Source of the DNA: Octopus vulgaris
Lineage: Eukaryota
Length of the DNA: 64,000 bases
Direction: 5' to 3'
Assembly: GCA_951406725.2 (NCBI GenBank)
Contig: OX597835.1
Location: 43,214,001 to 43,278,000, forward strand
Program-made: the position numbers and the translations under genes
Shown: positions 12,051 through 23,394 of the stretch, in pieces
How the letters are laid out: each line of letters starts with the position of its first letter
Numbering within the stretch: position 1 is the first letter of the stretch
Notes under the pieces: model-generated
The model's database searches: none
What the model was told of the DNA's origin: nothing
What the model saw: only the letters and a program-made list of their open reading frames with translations

Positions 12051-12404
12051 ATATAGTGGTCGTATCCTGTCAACTCAATGTGACAGTCCCGTAAGGGAAT
12101 TACACCACCGCCATTTAGCCCTAGGAAACATCGACGTTTCCTATCGGCTTTGATACATTTTCTGTGTCCTTATATTTGCAAAGGGGAGGCAACCCCCACC
12201 CCCGCCAGCTGGGACTAAGCACCTGAAGACATATGTTTCTGAGTCTATTGCTCGTCGTCAGTCCAGGGTAGCCTGCCTCGCTCGCTGAGATGACTGCAAC
12301 CTCTCCGCAAATATATCCTATTTTCAGTAAAATTTATTTACTGATCACCGAAATTAGAAATATTGAATTTCTAAATGTCTCAGAGAGAAATTCAATATTT
12401 CTAT
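12051..12404 (-). mobile_element. HHR-containing non-autonomous element (retrozyme-like), ~357-nt unit
   Basis: Contains an intact HHR; second, permuted copy at 28421-28678; terminal fold-back TAGAAATATTGAATTTCT...AGAAATTCAATATTTCTA; TA flanks. Confidence 0.75.
12222..12267 (-). ncRNA. Type I hammerhead ribozyme, canonical core
   Basis: Reverse strand CCTGGA-CTGACGA-C-GAG-CAATAGA-CTC-A-GAAA-CATATGTC-TTCAGG; 6-bp stem I; palindrome ACATATGT; GUC cleavage triplet. Confidence 0.85.
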
Positions 12405-12536
12405 ATATACATATATACGAAAGGCTTCTTTCAGTTTCCGTCTACCAAATCCACTCACAAGGGTAGATGGCAGTTGCCGAAGTAGATGACTGTTGCCAAG
12501 CTTCTTACCACATAGCCACTCCTGCACCTGTGTGTG

Positions 12537-12597
<61 letters not shown>

Positions 12598-12604
12598 ATA
12601 TACA

Positions 12605-13550
12605 TAACACATGAACAAAGATCACGCCAGCATCAGCGGCACCGGCGAAGTTACCAGTCCCACGCCCAGAATTAACAGCGACGGCAGCCACATCATCTGC
12701 TGCAGTGGCAACACCAAAATATTGCGACCGGGCATGACAGCTACAACGACAATAACTACAGCGATGTCGTTGGACCGACGCCCTTTAATAACATCACCGA
12801 TGACGGCTGCAACAACAGCAGCAGCAACAACAACTCCAGGCCCGGAACCAACAGAAGATACACCAAAAATTGAACACAATCAGCACTTAAGTTCGGAGAT
12901 TCATCTGGTCGGCCGGAACTGCCTTTAAGTGGTGCCAGTACAACCATAGATCCTTCTTTAGGGTTCCGGAAAGACATTATGTCACGTCTCTGGCCAGCCA
13001 CGTGCTGCGCCTTAATGATGAAGGAACTCCATACAAAATTAAATGGAAGATCATAGAGCAGCCGGGGTGCTGTATAAACGGGAACCAGACGATGCAAGCT
13101 TTGCAAAGCAGAGCGGACAAGAATCCTTAAAGATTTGATAGACCCAGAATCTTCTTAAACTCAAGACACTAGATCTATAGCCCCTGCCACTATTTCAAAC
13201 GTTACCTACAGCATGCGTGGGATTCTCCGTTTGTCAATTTGGGCTGTCAAAAGTACTTCTAGACCGGAATCAAGCCAAAGGCTGGAGACTCCTTGTTCGC
13301 CTTTTATGTCCATAAGATTTGCCAGCCGGACCAGACTAAGGGAGATAACTCCTCCCTTTTAAGGCTCAGCCAGTGTATATTATTCTTTTGTTTACAAATT
13401 AACTGACCGTAACTGTTCTCTACCTCCAGTTTGAAGAGAAGTTATATCCCTGCGGCCATTGCAGTCTGGCAAGTCGTCTATAAAGCTGAGCGCTTTATGG
13501 ATGCGAAACCGTTGCTCACTCAATCACCGAATATATATTTAACTTCATGT
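12605..13550 (+). mobile_element. 5'-truncated Penelope-like element (Thr-rich region, GIY-YIG C-terminus, 3' UTR)
   Basis: Frameshifted translation KLKWKIIEQPGCCINGTRRCKLCKAERTRILKD...LNSRH.IYSPCHYFKRY, homologous to 8774-9100; possible decayed HHR at 13485-13516 (GCTGAGCG...GCGAAACCGTTGCT). Confidence 0.8.
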
Positions 13551-13620
13551 AAATATATTACTGCTCTAATCTACCCTTTAGAGTGATCTTTTCCAGATAT
13601 GTGATACACTGACAATGTAA

Positions 13621-13782
13621 GGCGCAGGAGTGGTTGCGTGATAAGAAGCTTGCTTCCCAACCATATGGTTCCGGGTCTAGTCCCATGCGTGGCACCTTGG
13701 GCAAGTGTCTTCTACTATAGCCTCGAGCCGACCAAAGCCTTGTGAGTGGATTTGGTAGACGGAAACTGAAAGAAGCCCATCG
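13621..13782 (+). mobile_element. SINE family A, 5' half
   Basis: GGCGCAGGAGTGGTTGCGTGATAAG...GGAAACTGAAAGAAGCCC. Confidence 0.8.
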
Positions 13783-13823
13783 AGATGACTTGAAAAAAGA
13801 ACTGAATGAAAGGAAGGAAGATG

Positions 13824-13860
<37 letters not shown>

Positions 13861-14023
13861 GAATAATAATAATGATAACGGTGACCTCCAACGAACTAAG
13901 GTGCACAAGTGCGTCTGTGTCTGTGAGAATGGTGTGTCTATGTATGAGTATGTGTGAACGGGGTGGGGTGAACATGTATGTGTGAACGAGTTGAAATGTA
14001 TGTGTGTGTGTGTGCATGCGTGT

Positions 14024-14119
<96 letters not shown>

Positions 14120-14341
14120 TATGTGTATCTATCTGTGTGACTATTCGTGTTCCTTCAGTCCTCATCAATCCAGTCTGTCTTGACCTCCATCTCTCTCACA
14201 AATTAACGTTAATCTTCTTTAATCACCTTAAGAAGATAATTAATATAATTAGTGTATCTCGGTGGTTCTTTGGTGAACTTGTTTGTCTGTTGTTATTGTG
14301 GCTGTTTGCCAACATTCTAGAATTAGACTGCGGGGCCTATA

Positions 14342-14363
14342 GTGTGTGTGTGTGTGTGTGCGC

Positions 14364-14456
<93 letters not shown>

Positions 14457-14858
14457 CGTGTGTGTGTGTGTGTGTGTGGTATTGCTGCGGCTGTTAGTGA
14501 TATTGTGGCAATTGTGGTAATTTTAGTTGTTGGTGGTGTTGGCGGTGGTGGTGGTCGTCGTCATTGTCGTTGTATTAGTAATGCTGGTGGTGGTAGTATT
14601 AGTGGTGGTGGTGGTGGTAGTAGTAGTTGTGGTGGTGGTCGTTGTGTTAGTGGTATTGGCAGTGGTGTTTATATTGTTGGTGTTAGTGGTTGTTAGTGTT
14701 TGTTGTAATGGTGGTGGTGTTGGTGTTCATTTTGTTGTTGTTTTTGTTGCTGGTGTTGGTGATGGTGCTGGTGGTAGTGGTGGAGGTAGTGTTCTTTTTG
14801 TTGTTAGTGTTGTTGTTGCTGGTGGTGGTGGTGGTGGTTACGGCGGCGGCGGCGGCGA
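14342..14858. repeat. (GT)n followed by degenerate (GGT/TGT)n
   Basis: Direct reading. Confidence 0.9.
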
Positions 14859-15734
14859 GGTTAATTACTTGCCCAAACTGATTAACGTCTATGTTAATAT
14901 TAGTTCATGTTAACTGATTAATGACTACGAAATTATTAATTAATTAATTCTCATAGCTGATTAACCACTGTGGTTAGTACTAATTAATTGAGTTTATATC
15001 AATCAGTCATGTTAAACACACTAACGACTCTACTGTATATTAACGTAGGTGTAGTATCCTTGTTTGTTAATTGCAGCCATGTTAATTGCCCTAATTAACA
15101 AAAATATCACCTGATGTGTTGCAAGGAAATGTTGTCTGGTATATTACAGAAATAACTCACCTTAAATTCGTTGAGAATTGAGTAAAGCTTTGAAACGTCA
15201 AACAAAAGATATCTTGTGGTATTTCTTCTGACTTTTTACATTCCGAGTTCAAATCCTGCCGAAGTCAAGTTTGTTTTTCATTTTTTTCTAGGGCGATAAG
15301 ACAAAGTTCACCAGTCAGTTTAGTTAAGTGACCCCTTTGAGATCAATGAAATAAAATAGCAGTCAGTTTAGTTAAGCGACCCCTTCCGTCATTCTGGGGC
15401 TAATGAAATAAGTACTAGTCAGTTTAGTTAAGTGACCCCTGTAATCCCTTCAAAGTTGATAAAATAAAGTACCAGTAAATTATTGATGAAAGTTTAATTA
15501 ACACCCCCCGGGGCATAGAAGTACGGGTAACGTATTAAATAAATGAAATCATAAAACAGCTTCACTACAAAATCTACTACAATAATACTCTTGTGTTTTT
15601 CTCCGTCACACTATAGGAATGAGAAAGGAAGGGGTGATGGGTGAATAAGGAAGGAAGGGGTGATGGCAAACTGATAGTGGGAGCGTTTCAACTCAGTATG
15701 AGTGTATGTGTATGTAAAAGGGAGGTATGTGAAT

Positions 15735-15780
<46 letters not shown>

Positions 15781-16009
15781 ACACAATAGAAGTGAGATGG
15801 TGAATATTCAACGCTGGAAAGAAAAATCAAGCAGCGTTTCAACTCTATGTGTGTATGTATGTGTGTGTGTGTGTGTGTGTGTACAAGGGAAGTATGTGAA
15901 TGTTTGTAGTGTGAACCGGCTTTCTTTCAGTAACAAACAACGATCGATGTCACATCTCAAAAGACAACCACTGGATAACATTGACGAGTGTATCAATTTG
16001 ATTGACCAT

Positions 16010-16492
16010 CCATATTTAGGAAAGGTCTTATAGGAGTTGTGTGAGAGTTATACAATGCTGTATGGGAGTGAGACATGGTGTTTGAGGGAGAGAGAGAGGG
16101 AGATGGCAATAGGACCGAGAGAGCAATGGTGAAAGAAATGTGTTGGGTGAGGCTGTTTGATAAGAGGGGGGGCTGAGGGCTTGATGGGGATGCTGGGGTT
16201 GGAGGAATCAGTGGAATGGCTGGCAAGGGCGAATGGAGTACGGTGGTATGGGCATGTGTTGAGGAGGGATGAGGATCATGTTCTGAAGAGGTTGCTAGGG
16301 TTTGAGGTAAATGGACAGCGAAAATATGAAGGGGACAGGTGGAGGAGATTGGGAGGGTAGGCTTGAGAAGAGAGGACACCCAAAACTGGGCAAGATGGTG
16401 AGATGATGTGAGGGCGGTTGCTATGGCATTGAGGTGGTTCCGGCCACGCCCATTAACAGTGACAAAATCTGGATTTAAAACGATGGATGATG
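16010..16492 (+). mobile_element. RTE-clade LINE 3' fragment
   Basis: Translation MLYGSETWCL...ERAMV...LARANGVRWYGHVLRRDEDHVLK, characteristic of the RTE ORF C-terminus; GATG tail. Confidence 0.8.
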
Positions 16493-16562
16493 GATTTATA
16501 TATAAAATTCTACAATTAGCCGTCATTTTTTATGGTACGGAGCCAGCTAGTATAGAATAAAT

Positions 16563-16716
16563 CATGGAGTGGTTGTGTGGTAAGAAGCTTGCTTCCCAAC
16601 CACATCGTTCAGGGTTCAGTCCCACTGCGTGGCACCTTGGACAAGCGCCTTCTAGCCTCGGGCCGACCATAGACTTGTGAGTGGATTTGGTGAACGAAAG
16701 CGGGAAGAAGTCCGTC

Positions 16717-16752
<36 letters not shown>

Positions 16753-16756
16753 CTGT

Positions 16757-16790
<34 letters not shown>

Positions 16791-17020
16791 TTGTGTCTGT
16801 GTTCCCCCCCCCCCATCACCACTGATTAATAATCGGTGCTGGTGTGTTTACGTCCCCGTAACTTAGAGGTTCGATGAAAGAGACGGATAGAATAAGTATC
16901 GGGGTTTTTTTTTTTTTTTTAAATTAAGTACTGGGATCGATACAATCGACTAAAATTTTCTTCAAAGCGGTGCCCTAGCATGGCCGCAGTCAAACGACCG
17001 AACCGAGTAAAAGCTAAAAG
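16563..17020 (+). mobile_element. SINE family A
   Basis: Head, internal (TA)n(TG)n and tail are all present. Confidence 0.8.
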
Positions 17021-17419
17021 ATAAAAGCTCTTAAAATGTAAGCATGATGTCTCCGTTTGCGGATGGTCAGAAATGGGTGCTCAGTTCACAGTAAGATCCC
17101 CAAAAAAAGTACTGAAACCAGTGAAGCAGATAACCTCGTTTCCTGCCCATTAAGAAAATTGCCGCCACCACCGAACGATTTTCGTCTCCCGCTGATACAC
17201 ATCTGCGTTTTTTGACACTGCACGTCTATAAGAGATATCATCCATAGACGAATACTTCGGTTAATTGCGCTTTCAGTGGTGTGTCTAAACAAGCAAATTG
17301 TTATTTATGAGGGCTTTGTTTATTTAATGAGTTTAATTTACCCAGTTTCTGTCGACTGAGAATTCAGGCACACTCTAAAGAGCATTGTGTGGGTATGCGC
17401 ACACGTATGTGTATGCCTG

Positions 17420-17798
17420 TTATATACGTGTGTGTGAGTGCGTGCGTGTGTGTATATATGTGTGTGTATGTGTTAATGTATGTATGTATATATACGTGTG
17501 TGTATGTGCGTGTATGTGCATATGCATGTGTGTATATATGTGTGTATGTGTTAATGTATGTATGTATATATACGTGTGTGTGTATGTGTGCGTGTATATG
17601 CATGTGTGTATATATGTGTGTGTATGTGTTAATGTATGTACGTGTATATATATATATATATGTGTGTGTATGTGCGTGTATGTGTATATGCATGTGTGTA
17701 TATATGTGTATGTATGTGTTAATGTATGTATGTATATATACGAGTGTGTGTGTGTGTGTATGTGTATATGCATGTGTGTATGTGTTAATGTATGTATG

Positions 17799-17835
<37 letters not shown>

Positions 17836-17861
17836 CTGCTTGAATGTGTGTGTATGTATAG

Positions 17862-17892
<31 letters not shown>

Positions 17893-17960
17893 TGTATGTA
17901 TCTATGTATGTATGTATGTATGTATGTATGTATGTATGTATGTATAGATATGTATGTATA
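17420..17960. repeat. Compound TA/TG/TATG microsatellite with a higher-order GTTAATGTATG unit
   Basis: Direct reading. Confidence 0.85.
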
Positions 17961-18349
17961 TGCATTAATCGATGCGCTCGCTCGCGCGTGCGTGCATTGG
18001 TAGAATGAATTAGAGCGTGAGACAAAACGTCTCGCGGTGCTTGTTGTGGCTCTCGTTCAAACCCTAACGGAGTCGTCCTTGCCTTTCTTTCATTCGGGGG
18101 TGGGGGCCATAAATGAAATAGCAACCCAGTTCTGGACGAACTCCCCTTTCCCCCAGAGCCGTCACATTCTGCATTCTGAACACTTCATTGGTTCGAGACT
18201 GAGGAGGGATAACAGAGTTCGTTGGATATGTCGGATTGTAACTAAACGAACGCCTAAAGCAATTAGTGAAAGCATCGTACACGCTACCCGATCATCCTTG
18301 ATTGCGGGTGATATCCGTAACGTGTGTGTGTGTGTATAATTATATATAT

Positions 18350-18751
18350 ACTCTCTTTTTTCTCTTTTACTTGTTTCAGTCATTTGACTGCGGCCATGCT
18401 GGAGCACCGCCTTTAGTCGAGCAAATCGACCCCGGGACTTATTCTTTTTGTAAGCCCAGTACTTATTCTATCGGTCTCTTTTGCCGAACCGCTAAGTGAC
18501 GGTGACGTAAACACACCAGCATCGGTTGTCAGGCAATGCTAGGGGGGACAAACACAGACACACAAACACACACACACATACATATATATATATACATATA
18601 TACAACAGGCTTCTTTCAGTTTCCGTCTGCCAAATCCACTCACAAGGCATTGGTCGGCCCGGGGCTATAGCAGAAGACACTTGCCCAAGATGGCACGCAG
18701 TGGGACTGAACCCGGAACCATGTGGTTGGTTAGCACACAGCCACTCCTGCG

Positions 18752-18753
<2 letters not shown>
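18350..18753 (-). mobile_element. SINE family A, full length
   Basis: Near-identical to 225-623. Confidence 0.85.
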
Positions 18754-18794
<41 letters not shown>

Positions 18795-18918
18795 TCAACA
18801 ATATTAAGGAATGACCTTGATAGGCCATTCGACTCACCAGAAAGAGCAGCTAAACTCAAACCGCTAAATAGTTGTAATTCTGAAACCAAAGGAGAAATAA
18901 AAACATTTATCCTTATCA

Positions 18919-19012
18919 TCTTTGGACTATGCATAGTTTCGACACTTTGGTAAACCAATTCAATTAAATTAAATTAAATTTGTTTACATCTGGCCTGTCT
19001 CGTCAGCAAAGA
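18919..19012 (-). ncRNA. Type I hammerhead ribozyme, canonical core, extended stem II
   Basis: Reverse strand TCTTTG-CTGACGA-GACA..GTAAAC..GTTTAC..TGTC-GAAA-CTATGCATAGTC-CAAAGA; perfect 6-bp stem I; 12-nt palindrome ACTATGCATAGT; lies in a ~300-bp element (~18793-19095) between TA tracts. Confidence 0.9.
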
Positions 19013-19123
19013 AGCCAAGGAAAATATATATCCACGAGGCGACACCAGCGACGCCTCGAGTCTATATACCCTAAATTTTCAAAATCCATTATATATCTTT
19101 TGCTTTTTTCGTAAACTTTCCCA

Positions 19124-19210
<87 letters not shown>

Positions 19211-19300
19211 GGGAAAGTTTACGAAAAAAACAAAAGACGAAGACAGGTGGTGTACAAAACAAACAGATGTATTAGTATAGCGCTAAGGAATAGAAAAAGT

Positions 19301-19336
19301 CATTTACGTTTCGAGCCTACGCTCTTCTACAGAAAG
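19301..19336 (-). ncRNA. Minimal hammerhead motif with CUGUAGA core, in a ~205-bp element (19207-19411)
   Basis: Reverse strand CTTT-CTGTAGA-A-GAGC-GTAG-GCTC-GAAA-CGTA-AATG; same element at 41066-41275. Confidence 0.65.
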
Positions 19337-19436
19337 GTACACAGAAAAAACAAGGAGAGAAACAAAGAGGGAAAAAAATGTGTGTAGTGGCTAACGATCT
19401 ATCATGGCGTCATATATATATATATATATATATATA

Positions 19437-20090
19437 AGTTTTTACTACCAGTGGCCTAGCGTACAAGAAAATTAGTCAATAGACTATATATTATTCCTGG
19501 TCCAGGAATTAGATGGTAAATGTTTTTGTTTTTCATTTCCTTCGAGAATTTATCCTAATTAGTGGTTTGGACTTTAACTGTTCTTTCTAGCGTAATGGAT
19601 TCCTATGATGGAAGCCTCTTAATGTGTTGTATTTTATATGATTAATATATACTCTATTGACTAATTTTCTTGTACGCTAGGCCACTGGTAGTAAAAACTT
19701 CTATAATTTTTATTACCCTGATATCATTTATTATGTATAATGATTTCTGGTTGGTTCGTTCGAAGTTTTCACCGGCATCCTCTTGTTGCCGGCAAAAATG
19801 ACTGCACTTGCGCAGTGGATTAGAAAAAATTAAAACGTACAAGAAATGAGTTTGGCCTCGTTGTTTGTATATTTAATCTAAGGCGTCCCCGCTGATGAAG
19901 ACTTAGCCTTAGTAAATAATAATTTTTATTTACTAAAATAAGTCAGAAACCATGGTCCGGGAATTTGATAGTAAATGTTTTTGTTTTTCATTCCCTTCGA
20001 GAATTTATCCCTAATTAGTGGTTTGAACTTTAACTGTTCTTTCTAGCATAATGGATTCCTATGATGGAAGCCTCCTAATGTGTTTTAATG
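19437..20090 (+). mobile_element. HHR-containing retrozyme/pLTR-like element: 455-nt unit, partial tandem copy and inverted 5' segment
   Basis: Direct repeat 19498-19628 / 19953-20084; inverted repeat 19437-19490 / 19646-19700; (TA)n on both sides. Confidence 0.85.
19888..19961 (+). ncRNA. Type I hammerhead ribozyme, canonical core
   Basis: CCCG-CTGATGA-A-GACTTA..TTAGTAAATAA..TTATTTACTAA..TAAGTC-A-GAAA-CCATGGTC-CGGG; palindrome ACCATGGT; predicted cut after 19957. Confidence 0.9.
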
Positions 20091-20097
20091 TACACTG

Positions 20098-20155
<58 letters not shown>

Positions 20156-20869
20156 ACATATACATAAGCACAAGCACATATATGTATATTATGATATTAT
20201 TAAAATTATTTGTTGTCTGTCTTGACTTCATTCCGTTTGCTCCGTGCGCACGTGCAGAAGCTTATTGACGATAGTTTGTCCACATAATAAACAAACATAG
20301 AAGCAATATTTACATACTGAGATATATTTCTTATTCTGAACAGAAAGGGCTCCACGTTTTCATTTATTTAATATATCGACAGTATTTCTACGCTTAATAG
20401 AATTCACTAGAGTTACCCATCATACGACAAGTAGCTTTTTAAAAAGTGTCTTTCCTACCATGCGCAACATTAGGAAAAATAATATAATTACAATTCAACT
20501 TTTATCAAATTTCTTGGTGTTTTTACAAAATGATGAAATTTATATTAATTTTCAAAAGAAAATTATTTAATGCCTTAAAATTAAATCACACAAGTTTTAC
20601 ATTTGTATACTCGCAATAAATACGTTATTATTTTTCAAGATTTGTCAGCATGATCGCTCTCCATTCCCTGAATGACCGAACTCTGCTAAATTGCATTCAA
20701 AAAAGAATTGTCAGTTTTTTCAGAAAGTTAGAAGAATCAAAATAAATAGTGCTGTACCAAACTGGAGAAGAGAAAAAAACTGGGTCGAATTTCGATCAAA
20801 AGGGATTGTCGAGAAATCGTGTATCATAGAAATGTCAATGGAAAAATGGAAAACAGATTAGGTTTATCC

Positions 20870-21665
20870 GTGGAAAGAAAAGCCTACGGAAAAGACCGCG
20901 GTAACCTTGGGCAATAATGTCATGCGAAAAAACACATTACAGAAAGTGACTCTCTTTTTTCCTTTCTTTTTTTTTTTGGTTCATAGGATTATGCTCAAGC
21001 TGGCTCCGTCATTCATACGTGCCATCCTTGCTACATTCACCCATCTTTTTTTTTTTAAGCATTCACTAGACAAAACTTCCCTCTCTACTCTCACCTTCCT
21101 CAAGTGATACTTGAAGAAGTTGATGAGAGATTGACCAGAGAGGAAAGTGTTTGTCTCTAGACCTTTCAGACGCGTCCGCCATACACATACATTCGCCATA
21201 GCCACAAGTACGATGAAAAAGGCTCTTCCTTCCCGTTTCAAGGAAGGAGGCGCAACAATATTCACTCGGTTGATAAACCGAGTCATCGCACACGCGATAG
21301 CAGTCATTTGACATAGGCCCACAGGTCAGAAATGGTCGGACACTGTACGAGTGCGAGCAGGACGGTTTCGTTACTCCGACTGCATCTTGGGCAGGTCGGC
21401 CGCGTGTTTCTCGAGCCATGCCTGTAGAGCTTATCCCAAACGGGTAGCGCTTCGCGATAGCACTGCCAGGCCAGGGATCGCTGGAAGTTGTCCATAGGTC
21501 CCTGCCCGAAAGTCGTCTTGAGCAGGCGGGTCAGGTATTCCTCGTCGACGCCCAGGTTCGCCCCGAAATCGTCGTCGTACCTCCTCTCCTCTAATCTCCT
21601 ATAGAATGCTTTGGTTGCGTTGAGGTTGCTCAAGGTCGACCCGGGACGGCAGAGTTGCTTGAGAG
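20870..21665 (-). mobile_element. Tx1/L1-clade LINE 3' fragment
   Basis: DNFQRSLAWQCYREALPVWDKLYRHG..TCPRC..ETVL zinc-knuckle region, homologous to 25218-25940; poly-A then 3' UTR. Confidence 0.85.
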
Positions 21666-21670
21666 CAACC

Positions 21671-21760
<90 letters not shown>

Positions 21761-21774
21761 CGTGTGTACGTGGG

Positions 21775-22130
21775 AGGCGACGAGCTGCTAGAATCGTTAC
21801 CACGCCGGGCAAATGCTTAGTGGCATTTCGTCCTTTCATCCCTAAGGGGTCGATAAAATAAGTACCAGTTGAGTACCGGAGTTGATGTTATCGACTTATT
21901 CCTTCCCCTAAGATTGCTGGCCGGATTAAGAAAAGATTGTTTATAGCTTTATGCGCTTCGGGATCCTCTGTTCTAAAATAGAATTATTTTAAAATTCAAA
22001 TGCCACCGAGATCGACTTTGCTTTTCATCTTCTCGAGGTCGATAAAATAAAGCGTCAATTGAGTACTGGAGTTGATGTGATCGACTTAGTCCCTTCCCTG
22101 AAATTGCTGGCCTTGTGTCAAAATTGGAAA
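21775..22130 (+). mobile_element. Two degenerate SINE B copies
   Basis: Nin-like cores at ~21833 and ~22020. Confidence 0.65.
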
Positions 22131-22141
22131 GCGATGTGTGT

Positions 22142-22195
<54 letters not shown>

Positions 22196-22641
22196 CTGAT
22201 CTTAACTAAGAAACAGTGTACAGACATCCGATGGTGCAACAGCGGCAGAACCAGAAAGAAACAACAGTGGAAGCACAACAACGATCAACATCTACGGAAA
22301 ATCTACGGGAAATAAATAATAGATATATTATTAAGTTTGACAATTTAGAGACATCAGATATAAAAATAGACACTGAAACAACACAATGTGTTTAAGAAGA
22401 TATCTTTAGCGACACCAGATAGAAAAGAATCTCTCTCAGTCTTTTTGCTTACAGGAAAGGGGAGATAAAACCAACCAATTCGATCTTGTTCCTCGGCCCC
22501 CAAAAAAGATCCTTGGGTAAACTTCTCCATCGAGATGGCAGAGTCGTCAAAGTGTCGGACAGGATGTCTTCTGTATTCTTGAGTTCAAATCCTACCAAAC
22601 TTTTCGTCTCATGCTCGATTCTTCATATCTCTCTCTCCCTT

Positions 22642-22698
<57 letters not shown>

Positions 22699-23394
22699 AT
22701 CTATCTCTATCTATCTGTCTATCACTCACCTCGTTCTGTCTCTCTCACTCTCTCTATATATATATATTTCTCCCTCTCTCTCTCTCTCTTCTCTCTCTCT
22801 GTCTGTCTCTCATCTCTCTCTGTCTGTCTCTCCTCTCTCTGTCTCTCTCCTCTCTCTGTCTCCCCCCCTCTGTCTCTCTTCCCTCTCTGCCTCTAAAAAG
22901 AAGAAAAAGAAATAGGGTGTGATTAGGACCTGGAGAGAAATGGATACCCTCGGCTTAACTCACTACAAGATCCCCGCAAATCCATCAGAAGATAAGAAGA
23001 GCCCAACGAATCTTTTGTCAAACCCTCATTACATCAGAGATGTTCCAACAGCGACCACAACACTTCTCCTCCCCAACACCATGCTACACTTAACAATTCA
23101 TTATCCAACATGTCTTTCCATCCTTCCTTTCTTCCTTAAGACAGTACTGTGAAATTTGACTACTGTTTCTTGCAGGCCGATTGACCAGGTTTAAGGCTCC
23201 TTATTTGTTGGTGTTGTTTTCGTTACTATCATTGTTTTTGTAGACCTTAGCGCTGGGAATAAACCAGGGGTCTGCAAAGTGGTCAATATTGAGCCCTTGG
23301 GGTGGCGAGTCTCTGTGGCCATCCAAGTTGAATGTAGTCGGTTCATCCCCACCTCTCTCAAGTTGCGCCCTTCTGGAAAAACTTGAGATCACCA

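Larger units (their letters stand above)
11415..12527 (-). mobile_element. SINE family A split by two insertions in its internal (TA)n
   Basis: 3' half at 11415-11620 and 5' half at 12415-12527; unrelated elements occupy 11656-12040 and 12051-12404. Confidence 0.7.
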
